From Marsupella aquatica (taxonomy: Eukaryota > Plantae > Marchantiophyta): 64,000 bases of DNA. The DNA is taken from contig OZ316899.1 in assembly GCA_973895155.1 (NCBI GenBank), positions 8,249,241 to 8,313,240 on the forward strand, given 5' to 3'. The notes under the pieces were generated by a model that saw only the letters and a program-made list of their open reading frames with translations, ran no database searches and was not told the origin of the DNA. Positions 24,780 through 37,211 of this stretch are shown in pieces; within the stretch, counting starts at the first letter, position 1; each line of letters starts with the position of its first letter. A program made the position numbers and the translations under genes.

Positions 24780-25820
24780 TGGGTCAAAAAGGTTGCCAGA
24801 TGAGACCCAACCTCTCAGAGACCCTCTCTGAGATGGAGTTGTGGGCATACTTTGGCCAGATGACACAACTTGTGGACCCTCTTAACAGTTTCAAAGGGTT
24901 AGCTACAACATACACTGTGTCTCTCAGAAACCCTCTCCGACATGAAATTAAGGGTATTATGTTTCAAAGGAAGGACCCAAATTGGTTCTATCCCACATCT
25001 GATGTTAGAGACCCTCTCTGAGATGGAGTGGTGTGGCCCGAACGGCCAGACGGAAAAAATTGTCAATCGCGTCTTGGGTGGAAAGGGAAGCAAGATTGCA
25101 ACCCAATCGCTCGGAGACCCTCTCTGAGATGGAGTTGTGTGCCCCAAGTGGCCAGAGAGCAGTTCTCCCAGATGGCCTCTTGGATCAAAAAGGTAGTCAA
25201 ATGAGACCCAGTCTCTCGGAGACCCTCTTTGAGATGGAGTCATGGGCGTACTTTGGCCAGATGACACATTTTGTGGACCCTCTTAACAGTTTCAAAGGGT
25301 TTGCTACAACATACACTGTGTCTCTCAAAGACCCTCTCCGAGATGAAATTAAGGGTATTCCGTTTCAAAGGAAGGACCCAAATTGGTTCTATCCCACATT
25401 CGATGTCAAAGACCCTCTCTGAGATGGAGTGGTGTGGCCCAAACGGCCAAACGGCAAAAATTGTCAATCGTGTCTTGGGTGGAAAGGGAAGCGAGATTGC
25501 AACCCATCGCTCGGAGACCCTCTCTGAGATGGAGCTGTGTGCCACAAGTGGCCAGAGAGCAGTTCTCCGAGATCGCCTATTGGGTCAAAAAGGTTGCCAA
25601 ATGACACGCAGCCTCTTGGAGGCCCTCTCTGAGATGGAGTCGTGGGCGTACTTTGGCCAGATGACACCACTTGTGGACCCTCTTAACAGTTTCAAAAGGT
25701 TAGCTACAACATACACTGTGTTTCTCAGAGACCCTATCTGAGATGAAATTAAGGGTATTCCATTTCAGAGGAAGGACCCAAACTAGTTCTATCCCACATT
25801 TGATGTTAGAGACCCTCGCC
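24780..25820. repeat. Tandem repeat, ~400-bp unit x ~2.6, with four internal GAGACCCTCTCTGAGATG motifs per unit
   Basis: Units begin near 24780, 25181 and 25581 (TGGGTCAAAAAGG...). Confidence 0.9.
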
Positions 25821-26044
25821 AAAATACAAGGATGAACCCAAAAGTGCATGCAAAAGCTGACCGTACAGTACTTTTCAATGTTTGTACAATCTAATTATGT
25901 GTGGATCGCGTGTCCATACAAATCTACCATCTCAGAGAGGCTCGCCAAATACAAATACAGTTGCCCAAATGACCCGAGTCCATCTCAGAGACCCCCGCCA
26001 AGAATAATTTAGGGTGGCAACTAAATGACACTTTGAGTGAGGAA

Positions 26045-26640
26045 GTGTTATATGGGCCGCAAGTGTCCCCAATCCACCACAGACAGGCTTGCCAGATAGC
26101 GCGACCGCATGTCAGAGACCCTCGCCAAGTAGGATTCTAGGTAAAAATCTATGGGAATCCATCTCAGAATCTTGGAGACCCCCGCCAAGAATGACTTGGG
26201 ATGAAAAGTAAATGACACTCAACGACCAAGGAAGTCCCTAATCCACCACAAAAAGGCTCGCCAGCTAGCACGACCGCATGTCAGAGACCCTTGCCAAGTA
26301 GGATTCTAGGTAAAAGTCTATGAGAATCCATCTCAGAATCTCGGAGACCCCCGCGCAAGAATGACTTGGGATGAAAAGTAAATGACACTCAACGACCAAG
26401 GAAGTCCCTAATCCACCACAGAGAGGCTTGCCAGATAGCACGACCGCATGTCAAAGACCCTCGCCGAGTAGGATTCTAGGTAAAAGTCTATGAGAATCCA
26501 TCTCAGAATCTCAAAGACCCCCGCCGAGAATGACTTGGGATGAAAAGTAAATGACACTCAGCGACCGAGGAAGTCCCTAATCCACCACAGAGAGGCTCGC
26601 CAGATTGCGCGACCGCATGTCAGAGACCCTTGCCGAGTAG
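26045..26640. repeat. Tandem repeat, ~170-bp unit x ~3.5
   Basis: AATCCACCACA...GACCGCATGTCAGAGACCC recurs at ~26071, 26240, 26410 and 26579. Confidence 0.9.
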
Positions 26641-27222
26641 GAAGTCGGAAGGCTATTTATTCATCCTTCAAGTCAGGATTTTTGCAAAGGGGATTATAAG
26701 CCACACGACGGAAGAAGAAGAAATGTTTTAGGCAAGACCAGACGGAATCTTGGAGAATATACTACATCCCTAGAGTTTGCATGTACCTTCTTGGCGGCTG
26801 CTGGCAAATATGTACCTTGTACATGTGTAGAATCTGTACCTTCTTGGCGGCTGCTAGCAAATAGGTACCTTCTTTGTGGTACAGTTGTTATATGTACGCT
26901 CCGGATTCTACAATCGTTATATGGTATGCACGTTGTCCGGAACGGTATTCTTGGCGTAAAGTATAGGTACTTTAACATCTGATGTACCGCCCAAGTTCTA
27001 AGCCTGAAAGTGCGGTATTATTGGCATAAAGTGGTACCAAGACTTTAACGTCTGATGTATAAAGCCAAAGGCCTAGGGACTAACATTCCCAGTGTGGATT
27101 TGGGACACATGGCTTCTCTTGTGATAATCCAATCAGTAAGCGGGGATGTTGTTGTTTTTTGTTAGATTGAGGGAGACAGTGTTCGAGTCACTAAGGAGCA
27201 TGAAGTAGCAAGCCGATTTAGT

Positions 27223-27957
27223 TTGAAGGTAGGGGATTTCATGATTTACGAGGAGAGAGAAGATGGGTTGTCCACTTCTGCTAAATCCAAAGGCGATGGA
27301 GATGAGCAAGAGTGGTATCTGAAATGTGGCGTGTCCTATACTATCTGCAAAAAGAAAGCAAGTTCATGCAATGTTAGTGAGGGTCTTGGAGATTTTGCAC
27401 ACTCCCCACAGATTGATGAACCAGGTGAATTATGGAACAATACACCGCGTCAGAAATTGCCCCAATTTTGGGAGGACATTCACCAAGTTGGTAGACCCCA
27501 CTCAAATTTGTTGCCAATGTGGCGGGATGTTGGAGAGGCAGATGAGCCAATGAAGGAGACACCTCGACCCAACGCAATCAATCTCAGAGGGGGTCTTCGA
27601 CATGGTGAACCTTCTTGATTGAGTACACCTAGGTCAAATTCATTCCATATGTGGGAAGATGTTGGAGACGTGGATACACCAGTGAAGGAGAAACCTCGAT
27701 CAAGTGCATTCAATCTCAAAGGGGGTCTTCGAGATGGTGAACCTTCTCAGACAAGTACACCTGGGTCCAATTCATTCCAAATGTGGGAGGATCTTGAAGA
27801 TGGTGATACACCAGTGAAAGAGAAACCTCAATCAAGTGCATTCAATCTCAGAGGGGGTCTTCGAGATGGTGAACCTCCTCGGACAAGTACACCTGGGTCC
27901 AATTCATTCCAAATGTGGGAGGATCTTGGAGGGTATAACCACCGTGCTAGCAAATAG
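27223..27957 (+). pseudogene. Uncharacterised ORF remnant built from 120-bp (40-aa) tandem repeats
   Basis: STPGSNSFQMWEDL...TPVKEKP.SSAFNLRGGLRDGEP repeated ~3 times with decayed copies upstream; one in-frame stop at 27616-27618. Confidence 0.45.
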
Positions 27958-28405
27958 TAAATAGATATTCTCATACGAGCCAATTTTGCCTTGTACAAGC
28001 AAAATTTTGTCTTGTACGAGTAAACAAGTTCCTCCTATGAGCATATCTATTTACTCGTACGAGTTTCTGTTTTCTTGTATGAGTTTCTGTTTTCTTGTAT
28101 GAGTATTTTTTTTTCTTGTATGCATTTTAGTTTCTTCTCTTCACGGTATGTAGCGTCCATATATGCAATAATTGTGCAAACAATATTATGGTGGGTCCCA
28201 CCATTGTACAACATCGGAGGAAATTTCTTGACAATTTCACACAAGGACTCCAATATATTGCCACAAAATATGAAGTCGAAACAAAGTCATACAATACCGG
28301 CGCTAGTATTGTATTATACAAAAAAACAACACTTTAAGAACTCACACTTCTGCCCGTTAGAAAAGACAAACTACAATTGTAGTTGTTCAACGATAAAGCA
28401 ACAGT

Positions 28406-31400
28406 CTACGTTCTCGTTCCCAACTGCCTATCAAGTATGTAACGGACTTCTCCCAACGTTAGAATTGGCTGGCTACATAATGTCGAATCGAGCACATCCA
28501 GTTTGAACACATTCTTGAACACCCAATACACATGTTTGCAAGGCATGTAAGGCTTCCGATAAGTATGCCGATGGTAGAAATCCTCGCAAGAGCAACATGG
28601 GAAACAACATATCTGAACCCAATAAGAGGTGACTGATCTCTCATGTTCATGGGTCCGGATACAAAACTGTTTCCCCGACGCATTTCCACTCGTGATCTCT
28701 CTCTCTCCAATGACGCTCATCACTTCTTTTTCAGAGGCTTCAATTCTCTTCAAATGTGTTTGGGTAAGATGCACTCTTTGCAAGCATTTCTTCCCGTTCC
28801 TTGAAGCGCACCTCACAGATGGGTCAGTTAGGTTGATCCTCTCCGGGAAAAGATTGACATCAATCTGTAACGCAGAAGGCAATGGTGCTTCGATTTCATC
28901 TCCACGGCCTTCAGAGAGAATAAGTCCTTGTTCTTTCAAAAATTGAATCTCTGCTCCAGAAAGATTGGTCCCTTTGGCAATTGGGAGATGTGAAGGAACA
29001 TTGGGAATGTTCGAGACTCCTCTCCTTGTTGTGCTTCGATGATAGTGGTTGTTGGGGCAAAACCATATTTGATCGTTATAAGGTTGCCCCCTGAACATTC
29101 TGCATCCTCTCACGGAAATTGCAACAACACCATCTGGATTCGGAAGGCCAACCTTCTTTACTCAATTTCGACATTCATCACGACTACCTCCCCGTCCAAG
29201 GGTTCTGTTACACATTGGACCCGCACCCCGTTTTCAGGTCCAACGCAACTGCCAGGCACCGGGAGGTACTTCACTTTCCATTGGGGAAACTGAATGACAA
29301 TATGCAGTCTCGACAGGTCTTGCAGGTGTCACTGGTGGGACAGAGGATCTCGTTGCTTGATGCATAGGTGTGTCAATGACCACAACTTCCTCAGAAGCAT
29401 TGCTTTCTGACAAATTATGGACCGCATCAATTCCACCAGCTGAAGGCGTAGAAGGCATTTTCTCGAAATCAGTGGAATGCAGGTTTCTCCTTTTCAAACC
29501 TTTTGTATTTGGTGAAGTAACAAGGATGGTATCATGCCTGTGCGAGTCTTCTGCCGAGACGTTCCCAGTTGCATGTCCTTTTCGTTTCACCGATCGAGTT
29601 ACAACATCACCATTCAATGGAACGCTTCTTTCCAAATCAAACTCAACAGCGTTTGACAGGAGGAGATTGGTGGCTTCCTCAAAGAGACGCGGTGACCCCG
29701 CCAGGTCCACCGATCTGAAGGCAAGCTCAAAAATAGTTGGGTCAGTTCCTCTGCTCAATCCCCTTTTGTATGTAGTATAAGCAGCAATTTGAGCAACCGC
29801 TCTATTTTGGTCCGTTTTGCATCCTTCAAACAGACCAACCTTTTTTTTCCAGTTGCCATGCTTTCATTCCAGCATGCCTAGATTCCGAACTAGTACAATT
29901 AGGAATCATCCCAGCCTCTTCGGCACTCTTGCTCTGAAACATTGCACGCAAGGGTTTAGTACATGTAAGAAATTGCACACAAAAGTGGCAACACAATGGA
30001 AATAACAATAGCGCCAGACGCTAATAAACTGATGATGATATTTCCATGTAAAGAACCATTTAACACAGAATAAAGGTAGTCCTTACATCACTCATAGTCC
30101 AAACGGATTATTAGCGCTCGGCGCTACTATTGCGGATAAGGAACTCTTCTATCTCACACATGCTTCACTAGCGCCAAGCGCTATTAATGGGAACATGCAT
30201 CCTAGAGCAGAGTATAACTCACCAGTCTTATGAAGTTCCCCCATTGTCTCCATTGGACAACCCACCAAGACAGCCACCCTTGCAGCATCCGAAGTTTGCC
30301 TGAGTGACAATTGCCAGACCTCCACCAGTCATCGATTTCCCTCGAGATTCGATATGCTTTCAAGAAAGTTGGTGCGTTCCGAAGACGATCCCACATCTCC
30401 TTGTGCTCTCCGTGCTTTCCATCTTTTACACCTTCTCGGGAATGACGATGAAAAGATTGGAAAAAATGAAAGGCATCTGATCTTTCTCGCTCTGGGTCGG
30501 GTACACCGTCAAAGAACACGTTTCGAACAACATTCCAACCAGCCTGAGCATTGTCCGCCATGAATCCCCGAATTGTAACATCTTGTAAACCATTTTCATC
30601 GGCAACCTCTAACATCAAACGCCAGGCTCTCTCTAGAGATTTTGCATCTTCGGCCTTTAGCTCACAAGTGAATATGGTGCAAAGTGCCCGGTAATGATGA
30701 TCATATACATGGGCACTGAAAGTAAGCCAATCTGCCGTGCTTCGATGCATCACGTCAAAACTTACCCATGAACCCTCTAACGACCCACCAGGTTTCATTC
30801 TTTGGAGCAGGTCCAGACCACTCCCGTCACCTTTTACGGTCATTTTAAAGATATGAGCACTCTCGTCCCGACAGCCTTGACCAGGGAGCAAGAACCTATG
30901 AAGAAAAGGCAGTCGGATACACTTTTGCATCCTCACAAGAAATTCCAGTTCCCCTTTCCCCTTCTGATCTTGATGGACACTCCTTAACACGGATGCAAAC
31001 TTCTGAGGAGATGCAACGACCATTAGGGACTCCCAGATTTCCTTCTCTTCTTCAAGAGAGATTTCTTCAATAGAGACCTCGCAAATGTATTCGTCAGTGT
31101 CTCAGTCGCAGAGTTTTTGATCCCTGTTGGGGATGCCATGGGGTTTGCAGTGAATCCCTTCTCCAGATGAGACCTTGCAACCTTTTCTGCTTCCCTCGAA
31201 AAGACCCGTCGACTGGGATGATTGTGAAATCCCATATGAACAGCTAGTCGCGACATGTGGGCCAAAGACTTAACGTCAACTTTTGCAGATGGATACATGT
31301 AGAACATTAGAGCAGGGCAGGCCTCAACGCACATCGGAGGTTCGGAGCAATGGTGACAAACAACTCCACCTTCGGAGATCAATTCCCCAACTCGGAATGG

Positions 31401-32190
31401 GCCCGAAAGTTTTGGGGTTCTTGCCCACATCTCATTATTTCGAAACTTGTTGTCTTTCCACCACGGACAAACATTATTTTGACACTGCAGCGATCCCTTA
31501 CACTGGACTTTCCCAAAATCCCACATTTTCTTGGGAAGAACATTTGAAGACGTTTTCACAATCCGATTCCAATAATAACAATCCTTACCATGATCCATAT
31601 CTTTCAAACGTTCACCTTTTGCGTTCACACTGTCTACCGAGGGTAACTCAAAAACCACATTCCCATTGTAAGATGTGGGAAGACTAGGCACTACGTGATG
31701 AACAAAATCACTCCCCCTTATAAACCGAGACAATTCACTATGACCTTTGGATTTCAAGATTGTATCCATTGCACTCTGCCGGTACACAGTCAAAGGCACA
31801 ATCATTTCTCGATCCGCATTAGACTCCTTTTTAACCTCAGATGGGTAAACTGGAATCTTCTCTCCAAGAGTAGTTGTCGCTTGCTTATCATCTCCAGAAC
31901 TTTCCGAGAGTTCGATGACATCGAGTTCAGCCGCTGTGGGAGGACGAGTATAGGAGGCCCCAGAATCTCTCAAAACAAAAACCTCATATTCTTTCTGAGC
32001 CTCCAGAGTCCAATATCTTTGACCATGAACAACATCGTAGAAAACTGGAGTCTCCCCCAAACAAACCGACACTAACGAGATCGCTAAAATAGACTCCTTG
32101 GTGACATCAAATCTCACTCCCAAATATTCCTCTGAAACACGCTTTGATTCAGATGATTCGAGGACGGGAATTGTGATTACATCCTGAGTG
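28406..32190 (-). pseudogene. Mutator-like (MULE) transposase 1: GCM-like zinc DNA-binding domain, DDE core, C-terminal SWIM finger; probable intron ~29935-30220
   Basis: CKGSLQCQNNVC...CHHC...C...HMGFHNHP; SFDVMHR / GFMADNA / DAFH / SESRH; CSCEDF...PCKHVYWVF; frameshift near 31030-31050. Confidence 0.8.
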
Positions 32191-32194
32191 TCCT

Positions 32195-35100
32195 TACCCC
32201 TGGTAACTGGGTTCCACCAATTGGAGTTGGACCTGATGAAGCCAAGCATTTAAATACTGTGGCTTGTGTCTTCAGCCGCTCCGTTTGGTTGTCGGCCCGC
32301 CGCTGTAGGTTCTCCATCTTCCTCGTGATTTCCTCCAACTCCTCTTGGGTCTCGTCCAGGTCCTTGCGCACCTCCTCTAGCTCCTTATTGGCTTCCTCCA
32401 ATTCTTTTTTCAAGGTAGCCCTCTCCTCCTGGGTTGCTCTTAGCTCCCTGTCGAGCTCTGCGACGACCACAAACTCCATCTTATTCATCTTGGCATAAGT
32501 CTGGTCGAGTTGGTCGTCCTTTTCACGCAGGTCGGCCTTGAAGCTGGCCGTCAGGGACGCAAGCTCCTGCTGCAGCGCAATAATCCTTTGATAGGATTTC
32601 CCTAACTCTGCTTCCTTCTACTCAAGGGCTCCGCGGATATCTTTGAGCTCTCCTTTCAATGCCCTCTCCCTTCTCTGGTTCTCCGCCATGGCCCGATTGT
32701 TGGTTGCTAAGTGGGCTTCCTCTACATCCCTTAGCTCCCGCTTCCATTTCTCTCTCTCCTTGACTGCGCCGGCCAACTCTCCTTGGGTCCGAGTCAGTTT
32801 ATCTTTGATAATCTGATTGTCAGACTGAGCGGTATCCAACTGCCCCTGCATGATGTTTAGCTCATGCCGCTTAATCCGCAACTCATCTTGGGCTTTCTTG
32901 GCTGCCTGCAGGTCTTCCACCTTGGCTTCCTTCTCCCTAAGCCGCCGGATGACCTCGTCCTTCTTGCTTCTCTCCAAAGCCACCGCTTCTTCTAATTGGT
33001 GCTTTTCCAACATCTCCCTCTGGAAAAAGGGTCCCTGCTCCAACTCCTCCCCAAAGATGCTGAGCGCCAAGTCCCCACACATCTCCCCGTACTCCATGGC
33101 TCTATCCTTAGCATAGGTGGAGTAACTAGAAGTCATCGGCATCAACCACCGCGGCCTCTGCTCCCAAGCCGTCTTGCGGATTTCTTCTACGGTGGCAAGA
33201 GGGTTGCTTCTTTTCTCGGCAAGCCGCTTGATGTCCTCCGGCCAATCTCCTCCTGGTAAATCCTTCTCCCTAGCCAGGACTGCTCTCTCTTCCTCCCTAA
33301 GTCGCTCCTGAAATTCTTGTGCCATCTGCTTTATGCCGTCAAAGCTCGGGGGAGCAACCTCTGGTGGTGGAGACTCGGTGTTACTCTGCTGGGTGGGGTC
33401 CCCTCGAACAACTCTTGGAAGTGTGGGGATAAATCGGCCACAGGTCCTTACTCCTGGAACATGATGATCCGACCCATAGTTGGAGTTATCATTGTTGTAG
33501 TCTTCCATTGCCTCCTCCACTACTTGGACTCCCGGCTCCTCTGCCTCTGATTCGGGGCTTGAGGCTCCCACGTACATTTGCACTCCCGGCTTGTGTTCCG
33601 GCCTTAATCTCTCCTTGGTTCTGGTAAAGGGGTCTTCCCTTCTGAGTCGGCTTAGGTCGACTTCTGGGGCAGCGTCCTATATCGGTGTCGTTGCCGTTGC
33701 CGGAACCGTTCTCTTTTCCTTCTCCAACAATTTTAGCAGATTTTGCATGCCTGGTTGCTGCATCGGCAAGTCTTCTTTCCTTGGCCTAAACACCTGCTCG
33801 ATCGTCGGACTGTCGGGCTGGTTGGGCTTCTCTGGTGCCGGCCTCTGCTCCGGGACCTCCTCCGGTGCCCTTGCCGATAGGGGAAGTACTGGGGCAAAGA
33901 TTTGACTTTTGGCATACCGGCACAACAGCGGCATGTGATAGCCAAGCCGGGACACGCTTCCCACGCCGATCACCTACTGTTCCTCCTTCAAGATCTTCTT
34001 CAGTTGGTTGAGGAGGTACCCGTTGTAATCCCGGCTTGGGTCTGGCCTTTCTGCCAGGTAGACCTGAGACTTGCCAATCTCTGCCCTCGGCAAGTTATAG
34101 TGCATGGTCACTCGCAAGAAATCAATCATCTCTCTGATGTGCGGGTTGGTGCAGGTGTTCCGGAAGAAGCCATTCTTCGTTGATGGTCCTGGGAACGACC
34201 GGAACTCCTTGTCAGGTAAGGTCTTCCTGGTATCAACCTTGGTCTTATTACCCATCGGCAAGCCAAACACCTCAGCAATCACCCGGGGAGTGAGATAGAA
34301 ATCCTTCCCATACACCCTCGTGGAATTGGTCTCGGGTTCCCATGATCCCACGAATTCTAACAACTCTGAGTCCGGCACCTTCGGCTTCAGCCATGGTAAT
34401 CTTACGAAGGCTTCCAAGCCGGATCCGGCCATGAAGCCTTGGTACTTCTTGGTCTGCATGGCTGTAAAGCATGCATCCTCCTCCCATGCAAAGTGTAATT
34501 GCACTTCCTCCGGTAGGGTCGCCGCCCAACCTTTCCAGGTGTCATCGTTTGTTGGAATGGCATTGATGGGATTGACCTCTTCCTCATCGGCTTCTCCCCT
34601 TGTCCTGCTCGGCTGCTCTACTGGCTTCCTAGGTGCCGCCGACCTCGTTCTTTTTGCCGGGGTGGCCTCTTCGTTGTTGTTTCCTTTCCTCTTCATCTCG
34701 ATTGCCGTGGATGTTTCTCCTAGCAAGGTTGCCTTCGTCCACCCCTCCGTGTTACCCTTCAACTCCCAGTGTAGGTCGTTGCAACGATTGATGGCTTCTC
34801 GGATGCCGACAATTTTGTTTTTGCAAAACAGAAGGTCGTCGAGTTGATTGGTAGTAGGAGTCCACAAGAACTCGGCCTTGATAAGTTCTCCTCCTAAGAA
34901 AGCCGTCTTCTGCAGTTCCCAGAGCCGAGCGAGCTCCTGCCGTTCTCGAGCTGCTCTCTCCGATTCTTCATCCTCGTAAGTCCTGACGTACTCACCTGCC
35001 CGTTCGAACAGGCATCCCCAAAAATGTGCCGCTTGATTGACATTGCTCATACCCTCCTTGAGTCGATCGTTGGTATCTGTTCCCACCCCGAGTGCTTGCC

Positions 35101-35428
35101 TAAGCAACGGACAGCATTTGGCCTCCCATAGTCGTCTGCCCAGTTCGTTCTTGTAAATGAGCCACTATTCCTCACGAGTGGTCCTTACCCCTCTCCTCCT
35201 CTGGTCTCCCCTCCCGTTGGTCACCCCTAGCCGCCGACGCTTAGCGCGCCCTAACCCTAATCGTGTTCTCTCCCCCGGCGTCCTCACTTCCGGCCTCGGC
35301 CCGGGTTCCATAGTCACCCTTAATTGTTTATATTTTCCTTGTTTTTTGGTCCTATACTAAGGTGTTTCCAGGGTACACTCCTGCTTACCATGTAAACCGG
35401 GCTTAGTGATTCCTGGCTAGGCATCACA
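32195..35428 (-). mobile_element. Family-X LTR copy 3, 3'-truncated, with its ORF (ATG 35311)
   Basis: Minus strand begins TGTGATGCCTAGCC at 35428, inside GFMAD of transposase 2; ORFs 33974-35107, 33677-33973, 32618-33583 and 32177-32488 match copy 2; homology stops at ~32195. Confidence 0.92.
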
Positions 35429-36632
35429 TCAGCCATAAAACCTTGAATGACAACGTCCTGTAACCCGTTTTCCTTACAAACCTCAATCATAATTCTCCAC
35501 GCTTTCTCAAAGGACTCCGTGTCTTCAACTTTTAGTTTGCATGTGAAGATTGTACAAAGAGCTCGGAAGTTGTGATCGTAAACGTGTGCACTAAAAGTAA
35601 ACCAGTCGGTTGTCACTCACTTCATCACATCAAAACTCACCCAAGCTCCTTCCAATCTTCCGCCGGGTTGCATCTGCCGAAGAAGATCTACACCAGATCC
35701 ATGACCCTTCACTGTCATTTTGAATATATGGGGCCTATCTGCTACACAACCCTGACCCAGCAGGAGGTACCTTTGGAGGAAAGAAATGTTATTTGACCTT
35801 TGCATCCGAGCTAGGAAATCTAACTCACCACGACCAGCCTGGTCCATTCGAATGCTTTGACAAAGCGATGCAAATTTCTGGGGGGTAGACAGTACCATGA
35901 GAGACTTCCAAATCTCCGTTTCTTCAATATCTACTATGTTGTCGACGTTTTTGCAAAGAGCTTTCACGAGCAAACCGGTTGCGGAATTCAAAATACCTTG
36001 GAGAGCGTTCCCTCAATGGGAGGCAGTTCAAATACAACATTTCCGTTGTACTTTTTTGGCAAACAAGGAACTTGCTCATGCCGGAAGTCCCATGCCGAGA
36101 TAAATCTTGACAGTTCACTATGTCCCGTGGCCTTGAGTAAGGCGTCCATCGCACTCCTCCGGTAGACTTTATGACCAACTCCGGAGGTAGCCACCGGCTC
36201 ATCCTTAACAAAAGCGAGAACTGGAACTTTGTACTGCGATGGAGGAGTGGGTGCAACATCACCATCTTCACTGTCAGATATGTCAACAACAACAACAGGA
36301 ATGTACCCAACTGCTGGTTCCGGAGTGACACGTCTGACATTAAGCGTGTAACTAAGCCCGACATTCATATGCCAAAAGCGTACTCCCTCATCTACATCAA
36401 ATGCCGCAGCCCGTTGAAGTTCTCCACTTGTCGATTCCTGCGGAACAATGGACTCAATATCATTCATCCTCAAATCAAATCTCCCGCAAAGGTAGGTTTC
36501 ACTAACTTGCTTGTAAGCATCAGAAACTTGCACGGGGATCTTGACCACGTCTCCGGTACAAGCATGTGTAATTACAATTGAGCGAGATATTGTGGAGAAA
36601 ATGAAGGAATCAACAAAGCAAATTCCTCCCAA
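35429..36632 (-). pseudogene. Mutator-like transposase 2 (N-terminal half, GCM region deleted), cut by X copy 3
   Basis: Paralogous to transposase 1: YRRSAMDALLKATGHSELSRFI, YNGNVVFELP, HIFKMTVKGHGSG, WVSFDVMK, FSAHVYDH, GFMAD. Confidence 0.85.
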
Positions 36633-36822
36633 ATGGAATGCTTATACTAATGCGTGAAGATGACTGACCGTTATAAAAGTTGTTTGAATACGACATAGAA
36701 TTGTGTCCGTTGAAATCATAAATGTAGAGTTTGTCCTTTTTGCCCCGGTAAGTGCGGGTGTCAGGGATATTTTTTGTGTCAAAATGAACACATATAGGCC
36801 AAGATAATTCACATGATTTCAG

Positions 36823-37211
36823 CAGCGCCTGGCGCTACCAAAAATTCCAGTATTTATAAGGTTAGAATTCAGTCACACACCAGACTAGCGCCGGGCGCTA
36901 GCATTACAATGGACACCAATAAGTCTACTTTTTTGTATCCAAAAATGCAATATCGTCCAAATTTAAGCACAATTCAGGGATATATGTACTAGCACCGGGC
37001 GCTAGTATTGGTACACCATATTTAAGGACCAAATCTGATCAAAATTGAACTTCGTACGCCTAAAGTTCTTCATTTTCAAAAATTTCACATAAACTGGGAC
37101 CAAAAACAGAATCGTGAATAGACCACGGAATGGGTAGCGTCGGGCGCTATCTATTGAACACATTAAACTTTATGACAATGTGGGTCAAGTTTGACTAGCG
37201 CCCGGCGCTAG
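36823..37211. promoter_or_regulatory. Cluster of five TAGCGC-N3-GCGCTA palindromes in the divergent transposase / ParB-like intergenic region
   Basis: Copies at 36823, 36886, 36990, 37135 and 37196, each with 0-1 mismatch, in an AT-rich background; function inferred only. Confidence 0.6.

Noticed and set aside
24780-26640. CRISPR-like pattern of a recurring ~20-bp motif with spacers
   Set aside because: The spacers themselves repeat with 400- and 170-bp periodicity, there are no cas genes and the context is eukaryotic
32177-32249. Start of ORF 31023-32249 as the real transposase N-terminus
   Set aside because: The first ~18 codons are X-LTR sequence read in another frame across a deletion junction
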